Source of the DNA: an uncultured Bacilli bacterium
GTDB taxonomy: Bacteria; Bacillota_I; Bacilli_A; RF39; UBA660
DNA: 64,000 nt
Direction of reading: 5' to 3'
Assembly (NCBI GenBank): GCA_950097225.1
Contig: CATNCE010000001.1
Span: 48,451 to 112,450 of the forward strand
Of this stretch, positions 55,657-64,000 are shown piece by piece. The translations under genes were made by a program, and so were the position numbers. Every line of letters starts with the position of its first letter. Position 1 is the first letter of the stretch. The notes beneath the pieces are model-generated. The model ran no database searches. It was not told where the DNA came from and saw nothing but the letters and a program-made list of their open reading frames with translations.

Positions 55657-58449
55657 ATGGACGAAAAGTTTATACAAAAATATTTTGACGAATTTCGTAA
55701 ATTTTCTTTGATGTTAGAAGAAAAAGAGAAAAAAGTTTTTGCGATGTCAAATGTAGATTATGATGTTGATCGTGGTATTTATGATGCTATAGAAGATACG
55801 TATTCAAACATGAGCTATTCGGATTATGTAGAAGAAGAGTCTAAGAAAAATGGGACAGTTATGTCAGAAAACGAGTTTGAAGCGTATAAGAAAGAAAGAG
55901 TTGCAGCGCTAAATAGAAATAGTGTTGGAAGAACTGATTATAATGGCGTTTATCAACCACATATGTATACTGAGGTTGAAAGTGAAATAGACGATATTAC
56001 TAAACAAATTAGAGAAGAGATAGCTCGTGAGAAAAAGGTTATTTCTAATTTGGTTCGTACGATTGAGGCTCAACTTAGTGTTTACCAAGATGAACTTGAT
56101 GATTGTTATAAAGCGATGATTAACGCGGATACTAATGAAGAAAAGGTGCGTCTTGGAGTAGAATTCAATGTTATAAAGAAAAATCATGAAATCAACAAAC
56201 AAGCTTTAGCTGATATGAAAATGTATCGTCGATTAATTGATCAAATTAATAAGGCGTATAGTCGTGATGATAGCTCACTTACTTATGATTCTATGGTGGT
56301 ATTTGCCGATAAGATTCATGAAGTTGAGGCATCAGTTAAATATTTAGGAGATAAGTTAGATAATGTTGATTATAATGAATTTCAAATCGATGTTACTTTT
56401 GATCCAGTAAGAAATGTAAATGTTGTGAATTGTCGTTGTGGGAATGTTGTATTATTTCCTGCACCTGATTTTGTTGCAGGCCAAATTACACCTGATACAA
56501 TAGATGGTATTTTATATAAATTTGCTGATAAAGTGGCTGCTAATTCACCATTGTCAGTGGAAGAGATAAAAGCTAAAGACATTAAATGTGTGGTATATGA
56601 TAATAATTATGGTAAAGTACCTTTTGCTAATGTTGGTGAAGTTTTATGTTCTCATATAGATAAGGATTTGAATAATGCTAATAGTTTGGATAATCCTTCA
56701 GCACCAGGACAAGATGATTTCTTAGCACCAGAATCACAAACTCCTCCAGTGCCAGGACAGGATAATTCTCCAGTACAAGGACAACAAACTCCTCCAGTAC
56801 CAGGACAGGATAATTCTCCAGTACAAGGACAACAAACTCCTCCAGTACAAGGACAGGATAATTCTCCGGCACAAGGACAGCAAACTCCTCCAGTACCAGG
56901 ACAGGATAATTCTCCAGTACAAGGACAGCAAACTCCTCCAGTACCAGGACAAGATAATTCTCCAGTACAAGGACAAGATAATCCTCCAACATCTAGAAGA
57001 AATGATAGTCCAGTGAAGGAACTCATGAAAGAAGCTAAGAGAATTAAATCAGTTAGAAATTCGAGATTACACAAAGCAGAAATGGCTGGATTAATTGCAA
57101 CGGTAGCAGCAGCGGGCTTAGGGGCTACTATTTTCCCTCCAGCAGCGTTGGCTACTGTACCAGCTCTTGTAGCAACAGGGGGAGTTGCAGCTACGGATGT
57201 AATTTCAAAAGTAAAAGACAAAGCTAAAGTGTGGGCTGTTACTCATAAATATAATAGCATAGCTAAGAAGTTAACTAAAAAATTAGGTGGAAGAAAAAGT
57301 GGTATAAAATGCTACGTTAAATCAATTCCGAATACCGGTGAAATTAGATTTATGATTTCTCAAGATGGGAAAGAAATTGGGCCAATTGATTCACATTCGA
57401 CGGGATATGTATTGTGCGATGAATTAGGATACGAGCAAAATGAAGCAAATACAATAGTTAATTATTTGAATAAGGCTTTGAACAAGTCATTCGATTACAT
57501 GAATAATGATGAAAAACGTAAAGGTACTCATTATGAAAAATATAGAATTCCAAAGGTTGATGTTGATAACTTAGAAGCAGCATATGTTGAGTATGGTGGC
57601 TATGATTTTGGACTTGAGGGTGATCAATATGCCGAAATGGATATTCGCAAGAAATCGCGAAAGAAGATGAAAAAAGGACGCAAAAGCATCTTTAGAAAGA
57701 GACATAGACTTGGTGATGAAATTACAGAGGATAATTTAGAAGATATAGCCGAGAGAAATTTTCAAGCTTTAGGTGATGGTACTTCTGAGGGAGAAGCGTT
57801 AAGCGAAGAAGAACAAGAAGAGTTCTTAGATCAGTTGTACGCTGATGATTATGATTATGACTATGAACAAGGTCAACAAGGACAAGAAGAGGAACTAATA
57901 GAAACACCAAATGAAGATTGGTATTCCCAACCTGTAGGTGAAAATCAAGGAACTGAGAGTAATTTTCAAGATGAACAAACTCCAGTAAATTATGAAGATA
58001 GCGAGTTACAAAATCCTGGTCAAGCTCAGCAAGCATCAGTGAATCCTGGTCAAGCTCAGCAAGCATCAGTGAATCCTGGTCAAGATGAACAACCGTCAGT
58101 AGATCCTGCTGTTGCTGCTAGATGGAGTGTGGATGATGAACAGGATTTTACTCCTCTGGATGAAAATTCTAACCAAGAGATGTCATTTCAGGAAGTGGGA
58201 CAAAATCAAAATTTGAATAATGCGCTTGCTGCAAATATAAATTCTGTTCTTGAAGCATTGCCATTTACGGCAGAACTTGATGAGACTGAAAGACAACAAT
58301 TTGTAAATGAGATATTAATGCAAGGCGAAGCTAGACAAAACGAAATCTTGAATGAAATATATTCAGGAAATGTAGCTTCTATTGATGAATTAAGAAACGT
58401 TATTTTACAAGATTCTATGGCACAAGAACAAAGTGCTCCAAGTATGTGA
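55657..58449 (+). CDS. M1: 930-aa hypothetical protein (N-domain, P/Q-rich repeats, Gly/Ala hydrophobic hairpin, shared core module, acidic repeat tail)
   Basis: RBS GGAGGG precedes the ATG at 55657. The core from ~aa 470 is paralogous to 58838..59695 and 60055..60918. Confidence 0.7.
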   Translation: MDEKFIQKYFDEFRKFSLMLEEKEKKVFAMSNVDYDVDRGIYDAIEDTYSNMSYSDYVEEESKKNGTVMSENEFEAYKKERVAALNRNSVGRTDYNGVYQPHMYTEVESEIDDITKQIREEIAREKKVISNLVRTIEAQLSVYQDELDDCYKAMINADTNEEKVRLGVEFNVIKKNHEINKQALADMKMYRRLIDQINKAYSRDDSSLTYDSMVVFADKIHEVEASVKYLGDKLDNVDYNEFQIDVTFDPVRNVNVVNCRCGNVVLFPAPDFVAGQITPDTIDGILYKFADKVAANSPLSVEEIKAKDIKCVVYDNNYGKVPFANVGEVLCSHIDKDLNNANSLDNPSAPGQDDFLAPESQTPPVPGQDNSPVQGQQTPPVPGQDNSPVQGQQTPPVQGQDNSPAQGQQTPPVPGQDNSPVQGQQTPPVPGQDNSPVQGQDNPPTSRRNDSPVKELMKEAKRIKSVRNSRLHKAEMAGLIATVAAAGLGATIFPPAALATVPALVATGGVAATDVISKVKDKAKVWAVTHKYNSIAKKLTKKLGGRKSGIKCYVKSIPNTGEIRFMISQDGKEIGPIDSHSTGYVLCDELGYEQNEANTIVNYLNKALNKSFDYMNNDEKRKGTHYEKYRIPKVDVDNLEAAYVEYGGYDFGLEGDQYAEMDIRKKSRKKMKKGRKSIFRKRHRLGDEITEDNLEDIAERNFQALGDGTSEGEALSEEEQEEFLDQLYADDYDYDYEQGQQGQEEELIETPNEDWYSQPVGENQGTESNFQDEQTPVNYEDSELQNPGQAQQASVNPGQAQQASVNPGQDEQPSVDPAVAARWSVDDEQDFTPLDENSNQEMSFQEVGQNQNLNNALAANINSVLEALPFTAELDETERQQFVNEILMQGEARQNEILNEIYSGNVASIDELRNVILQDSMAQEQSAPSM
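56737..56990. repeat. 48-bp near-perfect tandem repeat x5.3 (QTPPVPGQDNSPVQGQ)
   Basis: Units start at 56737, 56785, 56833, 56881 and 56929, with only a few substitutions between them. Confidence 0.95.
58012..58101. repeat. 30-bp tandem repeat x3 (NPGQAQQASV)
   Basis: AATCCTGGTCAAGCTCAGCAAGCATCAGTG occurs at 58012 and 58042, with a diverged third unit. Confidence 0.9.
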
Positions 58450-58463
58450 GAAAGGGAAAGAAT

Positions 58464-58772
58464 ATGATAGAGGTTGGTAATATAGTTACTCTTGAAAATG
58501 ATCAAGAATATCTATTGTTAGAAGAATTAGTGCATGATGCTAAGAAATATGTGTATGCAGTAAGAACAATTGAGAACGATACCCCTACAGATGAATTCAT
58601 TATATATGAAGTGATAAGTGCTGAGGATGGGGACTATATGAAGAATATCGATAGTCAGGAATTGTATGATGAGTTGATTGAAGAGTTCAAAGATGTTGTT
58701 GCTGATAAGATTCTTAATGGAGATTTTAAAGATACATTTGAGGAAAAAGATAATGAAGGAGAAGCTAGTTAA
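58464..58772 (+). CDS. S1: small acidic protein (102 aa), partner of M1
   Basis: The ATG at 58464 is 15 nt after the M1 stop. It is about 73% identical over 88 aa to 59698..59988. Faint resemblance to DUF1292-type small acidic proteins (inference). Confidence 0.7.
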   Translation: MIEVGNIVTLENDQEYLLLEELVHDAKKYVYAVRTIENDTPTDEFIIYEVISAEDGDYMKNIDSQELYDELIEEFKDVVADKILNGDFKDTFEEKDNEGEAS

Positions 58773-58784
58773 GCTTCTTTTTTC
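58761..58784 (+). terminator. Intrinsic terminator after S1
   Basis: GAAGCT-AGTTA-AGCTTC hairpin followed by a T run. Confidence 0.7.
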
Positions 58785-58837
58785 TTGTTATAATACATTC
58801 TGCATGTTATAATAAGTGTATGATTGGAGAATTTGTT

Positions 58838-59695
58838 ATGAGCGAAGAACAAAGAAGAGAAAATGAAGGAAATATAATTGATGATGAATTTCTTGATAAT
58901 CAACCTCGTAAAGTTATAGCACATAGAAAAGCTCGTGTTGCATCGGGAATGTTTTTATCTGGGCTTGCTTTATGTGGTTTAGGTTTGCCAATGCTTGGGG
59001 CTCCAGCTATGGTTGCGGGAGGAACAACGTTCGCTTTTACGGAGGGTAAGGAAATTGTAACAGAACTTATTGAATCTTTGAAAACTCAATTGATATTTGC
59101 TAAATTGGATAAGGTTATAGGAGAAGCTAATAAGTTGTTTGCTGATGATTATGAAAACAAGGGGATACATTTTTATTTTAAAGGTATTGCTGAAGGTAAT
59201 AGGTTAGTTTGTATGGCTACTTTATTTGGGAAAGATATTGGGGTAGTTGATTCACATACTTATAGAGAGACACTAGCCGGGAAAATGCATATGACAGAAG
59301 TAGAAGCTTTTTCAATTTATAAATTTCTTAGTGCTGCATTGAGAAGAGAATTTGCATCTATGCTTAAATCTCCTAAATTAGCACAAAAAGGCTTTGTAGC
59401 TAGTCTTGATTGTTTAGAGAAAGTTTATGTTGATGTTGGTGGATATCAGTACAAAGAAAAAGCTAATCTTACATTTGAAGAATTTTGGGAAGATTGGGAT
59501 CTTCTATGTGAGTTGTCTTCTGAATCTAAGCAAGAGTTGTATCAAGACTTAATGAATTTAGAAGAAGAAAGACAGAATCATATTTTGGCAGCTATTGCTT
59601 GTGGAAGAATAAAAAGTCTACATCAGTTAACTACTTTTGTTCATGGGGAAGAGCAGCTAGATAATGATGATGTTAGATCTAGAAGGGGAATATAA
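58838..59695 (+). CDS. M2: 285-aa paralogue of the M1 core module
   Basis: Gly/Ala hairpin GMFLSGLALCGLGLPMLGAPAMVAGG, then VVDSHTYRE, VDVGGYQY and a C-terminal EERQNHILAAIACGRIKSLHQL. Two TGTTATAAT extended -10 boxes lie at 58786-58794 and 58805-58813. Confidence 0.7.
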   Translation: MSEEQRRENEGNIIDDEFLDNQPRKVIAHRKARVASGMFLSGLALCGLGLPMLGAPAMVAGGTTFAFTEGKEIVTELIESLKTQLIFAKLDKVIGEANKLFADDYENKGIHFYFKGIAEGNRLVCMATLFGKDIGVVDSHTYRETLAGKMHMTEVEAFSIYKFLSAALRREFASMLKSPKLAQKGFVASLDCLEKVYVDVGGYQYKEKANLTFEEFWEDWDLLCELSSESKQELYQDLMNLEEERQNHILAAIACGRIKSLHQLTTFVHGEEQLDNDDVRSRRGI

Positions 59696-59697
59696 TT

Positions 59698-59988
59698 ATG
59701 ATAGAAGTTGGAAATATAGTAACTCTTGAAAATGAAAAGGAGTATCTATTGCTCGAAGAATTAGATCGTGATGATAAAAAGTATGTGTATGCTGTTAGAA
59801 CACTTGAAGATGATACTCCTACAGATGAATACGTTATATTTGAAGTATTACATGTTGATGAAGATGAGTATTTAAAAGATGTTGAGAATCAAGAACTTTA
59901 TGATGAATTAGTTGAGGAGTTTAAAGATATTGTTGCTGATAAGATTCTTAATGGAGACTTTGATGATATGGAGGAAGTTAGTGAATAG
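59698..59988 (+). CDS. S2: small acidic protein (96 aa), partner of M2
   Basis: Starts 2 nt after the M2 stop. MIEVGNIVTLENEKEYLLLEEL...QELYDELVEEFKDIVADKILNGDF. Confidence 0.7.
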   Translation: MIEVGNIVTLENEKEYLLLEELDRDDKKYVYAVRTLEDDTPTDEYVIFEVLHVDEDEYLKDVENQELYDELVEEFKDIVADKILNGDFDDMEEVSE

Positions 59989-60054
59989 CTTCTTCTTTAT
60001 TTGCCAAAATAAATGTTGCTATGGTATAATGGCGAAGAAACGGAGAAAAAGGTT

Positions 60055-60918
60055 ATGAACGAAAATAAAAGTGAAACTCAAAATGAGACTATGATTGTTG
60101 CAGAAAAAACTCATAAAGTAATGTATTCGCGATTTTGTAAATTATATAAAGTATTTGGCAGTATTGCTATTGTTGGTTTAGCTAGTATGGGCTTGGGATT
60201 TAATGATTTTGGAACGACTGTTGCAAGAGTTGGAGCGTTTTCATTAGGAACTAGTGCAGCTGCTTCACTTTTCATGCAAGCTTATCCAGCCATAATTACT
60301 CGTAAGCTTGAAAAAATCGCCAATAGGCTTAATTCTATGTTTTCTACCTTTTCTAGTAAGAGAGAGCTTAGATTTAGGTTAGCTATTGATTCACATTCGG
60401 GAGAAGTTAATTATTGTGTGTTATTAGATAATCAAGTATTGGGTTTAATTACAACTGATGGATATTTAGATGTTCTTGTTAATAAAGCTGGCCTTGAACC
60501 TGGTGCTGCTGAGGCGATTGTTACTTATCTTAATAATTCTTTATTATCTGTTTTTTCGAGTATTAAGAATAAAGATATTTATGAAGCAAATACTTTTGAT
60601 ATACCAAGTATTGATATTGATAATATGGACGCTATTTATGCAATGTATGGACATTCTTTTTTAAAGTCTAGAGATGATATGTGTTTTGAAGAATACTTTG
60701 ATAGATGGAATGTTATAGCTATTCTTGATGAAGTTGAAAAAAATGCTTTATTTGAAGAAATTTTGGCGTTAGATTTTGAAAGAAGAGCGATAGTTTTAGA
60801 GGGAATCTATACTAATTCTATTAAAGATGTTGAGGAATTACGAAGTCTTATTGCAAATGGTAAAAAAGTGCAAAAAGGACACGCTTTAGCTATGGAGAAA
60901 AAAGAAGAAATCAAGTAA
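60055..60918 (+). CDS. M3: 287-aa paralogue of the M1 core module (no S partner)
   Basis: TTGCCA-18 nt-TATAAT with TG (60001-60030). Hairpin IAIVGLASMGLGFNDFGTTVARVGAFSLG, then IVTYLNNSL, AMYGHSF and FERRAIVLEGIYTNSIKDVEEL. Confidence 0.7.
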   Translation: MNENKSETQNETMIVAEKTHKVMYSRFCKLYKVFGSIAIVGLASMGLGFNDFGTTVARVGAFSLGTSAAASLFMQAYPAIITRKLEKIANRLNSMFSTFSSKRELRFRLAIDSHSGEVNYCVLLDNQVLGLITTDGYLDVLVNKAGLEPGAAEAIVTYLNNSLLSVFSSIKNKDIYEANTFDIPSIDIDNMDAIYAMYGHSFLKSRDDMCFEEYFDRWNVIAILDEVEKNALFEEILALDFERRAIVLEGIYTNSIKDVEELRSLIANGKKVQKGHALAMEKKEEIK

Positions 60919-60979
60919 TTGATTTTTTTTGTATATTTTTTTATTACTGGGGTAACACTACTAGTAAGGAGATAAAAAT

Positions 60980-61519
60980 ATGAAAAAAGTATGTGCATTG
61001 TTGGTTATTTCATTATTGTTAGTTACAGGTTGTACACTTTTAGGAAGTGCCCCAAAGGATGAGGCTGCGAAGTTTTTTAATAGTTATAAAAATAACAGTG
61101 AAACAGTAGTTAAAGAACTTGATGATTATTTAAATACTCAAAATTTAGATGAAGATACTTTGAAAGATTATCGTGAACTATATTTGAAACAATATAGTAA
61201 TCTAAAATATGATATTAAAGATCAGAAGATTAATGGTGATACGGCTTTAGTAGAAGTTCAAATAACTGTTTTTGATTATTATAAAACTGATAAGCTAGCA
61301 GGAGATTATTTTACTGCTAATCAAGCTGATTTTGTCGGGGATGATGGGGATATCGATTTTACGAAATATTTTGCTTATAAGATTCGTAAATTATTAGATA
61401 CAACAGATACCGTTGATTATACATTGACACTTAATTTGAAAAAGGTTAATGATAAGTGGGAAGTTGAACCTTTAACTAATGAAGAATTAATGAAATTGCA
61501 TGGAACTTATGAATACTAA
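60980..61519 (+). CDS. Lipoprotein, function unknown
   Basis: Lipobox LLVTGC after MKKVCALLVISL. Confidence 0.7.
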   Translation: MKKVCALLVISLLLVTGCTLLGSAPKDEAAKFFNSYKNNSETVVKELDDYLNTQNLDEDTLKDYRELYLKQYSNLKYDIKDQKINGDTALVEVQITVFDYYKTDKLAGDYFTANQADFVGDDGDIDFTKYFAYKIRKLLDTTDTVDYTLTLNLKKVNDKWEVEPLTNEELMKLHGTYEY

Positions 61520-61537
61520 TTGTAGTATTCTTTTTTA
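61511..61537 (+). terminator. Intrinsic terminator
   Basis: GAATACTA / TAGTATTC stem followed by T6. It overlaps the stop codon. Confidence 0.75.
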
Positions 61538-61625
61538 TTTGTTTAATTCGACAAAATACTACAACGTATTTGTTGTAAGTAAAAGTGATTTTATGATATG
61601 ATAATGACAGAATAGGATGTTGTCT

Positions 61626-63316
61626 ATGAAGAAGAAAAGTTTAATAATTTTAAGTATATTGTTACTTGTAATTGGATAGCGTAGCAACTAATTTGATAAT
61701 CAATAGCAATTTGAATATTGGATATAATAATACTTTTTTGGATGATGTTGTTTTCATAAAAACTAAGACAGAAGGTGAGTCTTCTATAAGTGAAAATGGA
61801 AAGGCGATTACATATGACGCTAAGAAAATAAGTGCAATGAATGAAGAAACAAATCTAACATTTTGGGTGAAGAATAAGAAGAATACTCAATATGATGCTA
61901 TGATGTAACCATTAATTGTAGTTTAAACGATAATTCAAGTAACTTAGTCAACTTAGTAGATGTAACAATAAATCCAAGTAGTTTTACATTAGCAAGTAAC
62001 GAATTCAAAACTGGAGAAGTAAAAGTAAAGTTAAAAAGTGTAGTAACAGAAGAGAAATCTGGAACCTTTACATGTGAGTTAGTAGCAACACCAGTAGAAA
62101 GAGAAGAGCCAGGTGTAATAACACCTGATAATTTATATGAAGGTAGTGTAATAAATGGAGCTAAGCCAGAGATATCTAAAAATTTAATACCAGTAACTTT
62201 AGATAATACTGGAGTAGTAAAATATGCTAATACGGATGAGAAATGGTATGATTATACAAATAAAGAATGGGCCAATGCAGTAATATTAGTAGACGAACCA
62301 AGTAAAAATTATAATATAGGTGACGTTATAGTTGAAGCTGATATTGAGTCATACTTCGTATGGGTACCAAGATATAGATATAAGTTGTTTAATGCCGAAC
62401 CAGCAGATGGTCTTAGTGCTCAATTACCAGAAAGTAATGCTCAAACAATTGAAATCGAGTTTGAGAGTAAAGACATACAAGCATCAACTGGAAGTAAGAA
62501 CGGCGAATGGTTAACGCATCCAGCTTTCACAAATTTCGATGTAAATGGGTTGCGGGTAGGTAAGTTTCAAACGGGATACAAAGGAGCGACTAGTGTAACA
62601 TCAGCTCAGGTGAATTCTTCGGATTCTACCAAAATTCAAGTAAAATCTAATGTGCCTTCGTGGCGGGATAACACACTTGGTAATTTCTTTAAAGCTATGT
62701 ATAACTACAATCGCGGACTTGGTTCACATATGATGAAAAATACGGAATGGGGAGCTGTTGCATATCTTCACATTCAAAGTATGGAATTAATACAAATTTG
62801 CGTATAAATAACAATTCAAATTATTTAACAGGCTATGCAGCAAATACACAGTATGCTCTTGCTAGTGCAACAAATAATTCAGCTTATAACACACCAGTTG
62901 GGTATTTGGCGAGTACAACAGGAAATATAAGTGGAATTTATGACATGTCTGGTGGGGCCTGGGAATATGTTGCTGGTTATAAAGATGGTGATTTAGGAAG
63001 TAGTGGACTTACAATGGAGGAGCTAAATGGTATTTATAAAGGATATGTGGATGTTTATCCAAGTGATTCAAGTACATCTACCTATAGCAAACGAATATTA
63101 GGAGATGCAACAGGAGAGATGGGGCCTTTCTATGATTATAATAATTTTAATTTAAGTAATTGGTATCCGTCTTATTCCTTTTTTGTAGATACAGCACCAT
63201 GATTTTATCGAGGTGGGCTCTATAATGCAACAACTCATGCGGGCCAATTTCATTTTTCTAGGGGAACAGGAGAAGTCAGTGATAAAATTGGAGCTCGCCT
63301 TGTTTTATTGGGTTAG
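61626..63316 (+). pseudogene. Disrupted surface protein gene, copy B (paralogue of 21109..22801)
   Basis: Four lesions relative to copy A: a ~5-nt deletion giving TAG at 61677; a +2 insertion near 61899; a -1 deletion near 62768; and an in-frame TGA at 63200-63202 where copy A has Trp (YPWFYRG versus AP*FYRG). Reading across these gives a full-length collinear protein ending IGARLVLLG. Confidence 0.8.
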
Positions 63317-63360
63317 ATTTTGGTTATTGAAGTGCATAAAATTGCACTTTTTTTCATAAA

Positions 63361-63387
63361 TTAGCAATAGGTATTGACAAGTGCTAA
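63361..63387. promoter_or_regulatory. CIRCE-like operator 1 (TTAGCAATA-N9-AAGTGCTAA)
   Basis: 15 of 18 positions match TTAGCACTC-N9-GAGTGCTAA with the correct spacing. It overlaps the -35 TTGACA. Confidence 0.7.
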
Positions 63388-63402
63388 TTAGAATACTATA
63401 CT
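63374..63402 (+). promoter_or_regulatory. hrcA promoter (TTGACA-17 nt-TATACT)
   Basis: TTGACA at 63374-63379 and TATACT at 63397-63402. Confidence 0.6.
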
Positions 63403-63406
63403 TATA

Positions 63407-63432
63407 TTAGCACTGATGAAGAAGAGTGCCAG
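63407..63432. promoter_or_regulatory. CIRCE-like operator 2 (TTAGCACTG-N8-GAGTGCCAG)
   Basis: The left arm is near consensus and the right arm is GAGTGCCA. The spacer is one nt shorter than canonical. It lies between the -10 box and the RBS. Confidence 0.55.
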
Positions 63433-63441
63433 GAGTGAATT

Positions 63442-64000
63442 ATGGGAGAAAGACAAGAAGAGTTATTAAGAATAATTGTTGAAACTTATATTCAGACATT
63501 TAAACCTGTTAGTTCTAAGTCACTTGTCGATAAATTTAATTGTTCATCGGCAACGATTCGCAATGATATGGCGGTGTTAGAGGATTTAAACTACTTAGAG
63601 AAGGAACACTTATCTAGTGGAAGAATTCCATCAGAAGAAGGGTATAAATATTATGTTAATAATCTGATGAAGCCAAAAGAAATAACTGGAGAAGATGTTT
63701 TAAAGTTACAGACGATTTTGAACAACAATAATTTAGTTGTTAGTGATGCAGTTCAAAAATGTATGGAAATTATTAGTGATATTACTCATTATACTAGCGT
63801 TGTTATTGGACCTTCTGTTGATAAATCAACTTTACAACAAATTAGTATTATACCACTTGAAACAAGTGAAGAGGATGATGGTGAAAAACGAGTTGTTGCC
63901 ATTTTAGTTACTAATTTGGGAGTTGTTGAAAATAAACAGGTTAATGTAGCTAAGGAAATTGATGTTAGAGAATTAGTTAAGACATGTGAGCTTATTAATA
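63442..64000 (+). CDS. hrcA: Heat-inducible transcription repressor HrcA (3' end beyond the window)
   Basis: MGERQEELLRIIVETYIQTFKPVSSKSLV...SSATIRNDMAVLEDLNYLEKEHLSSGRIPSEEGYKYYV is a typical HrcA N-terminus. RBS AGGAG. Confidence 0.9.
   Translation, partial: MGERQEELLRIIVETYIQTFKPVSSKSLVDKFNCSSATIRNDMAVLEDLNYLEKEHLSSGRIPSEEGYKYYVNNLMKPKEITGEDVLKLQTILNNNNLVVSDAVQKCMEIISDITHYTSVVIGPSVDKSTLQQISIIPLETSEEDDGEKRVVAILVTNLGVVENKQVNVAKEIDVRELVKTCELIN

Noticed and set aside
56737-56990. Regularly spaced repeats could be a CRISPR array.
   Set aside because: The repeats are directly tandem with no unique spacers, are in frame within a long ORF, and encode a P/Q-rich peptide repeat. No cas genes are present.
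56652-57221. Minus-strand ORFs 56652..57221, 56678..56992 and 56734..56976, and 57722..58066.
   Set aside because: They lie antisense to the 48-bp and 30-bp tandem repeats of M1. Their periodic Cys/Gly or Leu/Val-rich translations are artefacts of repeat periodicity, and they lack RBSs.
63200-63202. TGA at a conserved Trp position (AP*FYRG versus YPWFYRG) could indicate Mollicutes-style UGA=Trp decoding.
   Set aside because: TGA clearly terminates well-conserved genes here: rsmH at 32096-32098 and the PBP gene at 34594-34596, both with overlapping downstream starts. Trp is encoded by TGG throughout. The same gene has three other frameshift lesions, so this is a nonsense mutation.

Overview
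The window is a very AT-rich chromosomal segment (roughly 30% G+C by eye). It looks like a low-GC Bacillota genome, and the pro-sigma-K gene, DUF285 'Mycoplasma-type' repeats and gene order suggest an Erysipelotrichia-like lineage; that placement is inference. TGA is a normal stop here, because it ends rsmH and the PBP gene. Housekeeping blocks: LOG-glyQS, sepF-divIVA, a divergent TetR/MMPL pair, nfnAB-like, cyclophilin, LtaS-like, sigK, yqeG-yqeH-mutL, mraZ-rsmH-ftsL-PBP2B/SpoVD, five tRNAs (Glu x2, Ile, Lys, Ser), rnc-smc, and hrcA with CIRCE operators. Lineage-specific surface or secreted protein loci lie between these blocks and give the most interesting signals. (1) After smc there is a cassette of three paralogous Gly/Ala-hairpin membrane proteins, interleaved with two paralogous small acidic proteins, and I recognise no family for the membrane module. 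(2) Two decayed paralogues encode a surface protein with an FGE/C-type-lectin-like C-terminus. One ends in a 57% G+C, A-poor, NNC-codon patch that looks like a diversity-generating-retroelement variable region, but no RT or template repeat is in the window. (3) A G10 tract and an A18 tract sit exactly in the -35/-10 spacers of two surface-protein promoters, which suggests phase variation. (4) One operon encodes a 714-aa prepilin-type protein and an arylsulfotransferase-like propeller, with no pilus machinery nearby. (5) Tandem ~700-aa helical paralogues lie between mutL and mraZ. No CRISPR array, transposase, integrase or rRNA was seen.
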